This document shows, piece by piece, positions 63,123 through 64,000 of a DNA stretch of 64,000 nucleotides. This stretch comes from Thermodesulfobacteriota bacterium (lineage in GTDB: Bacteria; Desulfobacterota_D; UBA1144; Nemesobacterales; UBA2774): contig OY729416.1 in NCBI GenBank assembly GCA_963422265.1, positions 1,088,001 to 1,152,000 of the forward strand, read 5' to 3'. How positions within the stretch are numbered: position 1 is the stretch's first letter; each line of letters opens with the position of its first letter. The notes beneath the pieces were generated by a model that saw only the letters and a list, made by a program, of their open reading frames with translations, was not told the origin of the DNA and did no database searches. A program made the translations under genes and the position numbers.

Positions 63123-64000
63123 TTATGAGGATACCCCTGCGGACGCCATCCGCGTTAATTGTTCTAAGTTTTCGAGGGCTTTGCCCGAATCTAGGGATTC
63201 TTGAGCTCGCTCTAAACCCGATTGGAGATCGGACTCAGCGCCTGATACGTAAATCGCAGCAGCAGCGTTGATCAATACAATATCCCTCTTTGCTCCCTTG
63301 TCATCTCCGTTTAAGATTGAAATGAGCATTCTGGCGTTTTCTTTAGGGCTATGGGCTCCCTTTAGCTCTTCGATATTCCTTATTTTGAATCCCAACTCAA
63401 TAGGGTCAACTTGGTATTTCTTTATCACTCCATCCCTCAGATTGGATACTATAGTTTTGCCGGTCACTGTAATCTCATCGAGAGAATCAGCCCCGTGAAC
63501 GACCATTGCGTTTTGATGTCCCAAGTTTCTTAAGACATGTATTATCGGGTCTAGTAGAGTCTCGGAATAAACTCCGATGACCTGATATTTAACCCGAGCT
63601 GGATTTACTATCGGACCTAGAATATTAAAAATTGTCCGAACGCCAATGTCTTTTCTAGTCTGAGCTACATTTTTCATCGCAGGATGATATACGGGGGCGA
63701 ATAGAAAAACTATTCCTATCTCATCCAGACATTTCTGGGCGATTTCCGTTGAATGATGAACGTTAATTCCAAGCGCCTGTAGCACGTCTGCACTTCCGAC
63801 TGGGCTCGAGACCGAGCGGTTGCCATGCTTGGCAACTGCCACCCCTGCCCCGGCAACGACAAATGAAGCTGTGGTCGAAATGTTAAAAGTCCCCCGCCCA
63901 TCTCCCCCCGTGCCGCACAGATCGACTACAGTATCGCGATCCGAACTTAATATGGTTGCCTTTCTCAACATTGCCCTTGCAGCACCGGTAATCTCCGATA
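63123..64000 (-). CDS. trpD: Anthranilate phosphoribosyltransferase, 5' end outside the window
   Basis: DLCGTGGD, TFNIST, KHGNRSVSS, RTIFNILGP. Confidence 0.96.
   Translation of the reverse strand, partial: SEITGAARAMLRKATILSSDRDTVVDLCGTGGDGRGTFNISTTASFVVAGAGVAVAKHGNRSVSSPVGSADVLQALGINVHHSTEIAQKCLDEIGIVFLFAPVYHPAMKNVAQTRKDIGVRTIFNILGPIVNPARVKYQVIGVYSETLLDPIIHVLRNLGHQNAMVVHGADSLDEITVTGKTIVSNLRDGVIKKYQVDPIELGFKIRNIEELKGAHSPKENARMLISILNGDDKGAKRDIVLINAAAAIYVSGAESDLQSGLERAQESLDSGKALENLEQLTRMASAGVSS

Overview
Bacterial chromosomal window (about 40% GC by eye). The gene content looks deltaproteobacterium-like, possibly Candidatus Dadabacteria, but that is an unverified impression. Housekeeping blocks are htpG, radA-murI-dksA, an NSS transporter, glcDEF, rplM-rpsI, inositol-3-phosphate synthase, queCE, an FTR1 iron permease, methylmalonyl-CoA mutase, fbp, tRNA-Leu/Cys, panBCD, an mltD-like gene, ogg and trpCD. 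Five accessory or defence patches interrupt them. (1) A dead HEPN-MNT toxin-antitoxin pair sits between MoxR and its VWA partner. (2) An orphan adenine MTase lies between htpG and radA. (3) A 12 kb restriction-modification hotspot (17.6-29.2 kb) carries a HEAT-repeat MTase with a CfrBI-family REase, an orphan MazE coupled to a Type IIG enzyme, and an FRG-TPR protein. It also holds a stack of relic RM gene ends, several followed by a passenger gene, partly bracketed by a 74-bp direct repeat. (4) An integrase-less island at tRNA-Leu holds a nonsense-inactivated DUF4011 helicase. (5) Two adjacent Type II RM systems follow panD, one with an intact REase but a triply broken MTase. The most interesting signal is the apparent serial cassette replacement anchored on RM gene 3' ends. 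No CRISPR array, rRNA, intact integrase or intact transposase was seen. All family calls come from motif recognition, not database searches.
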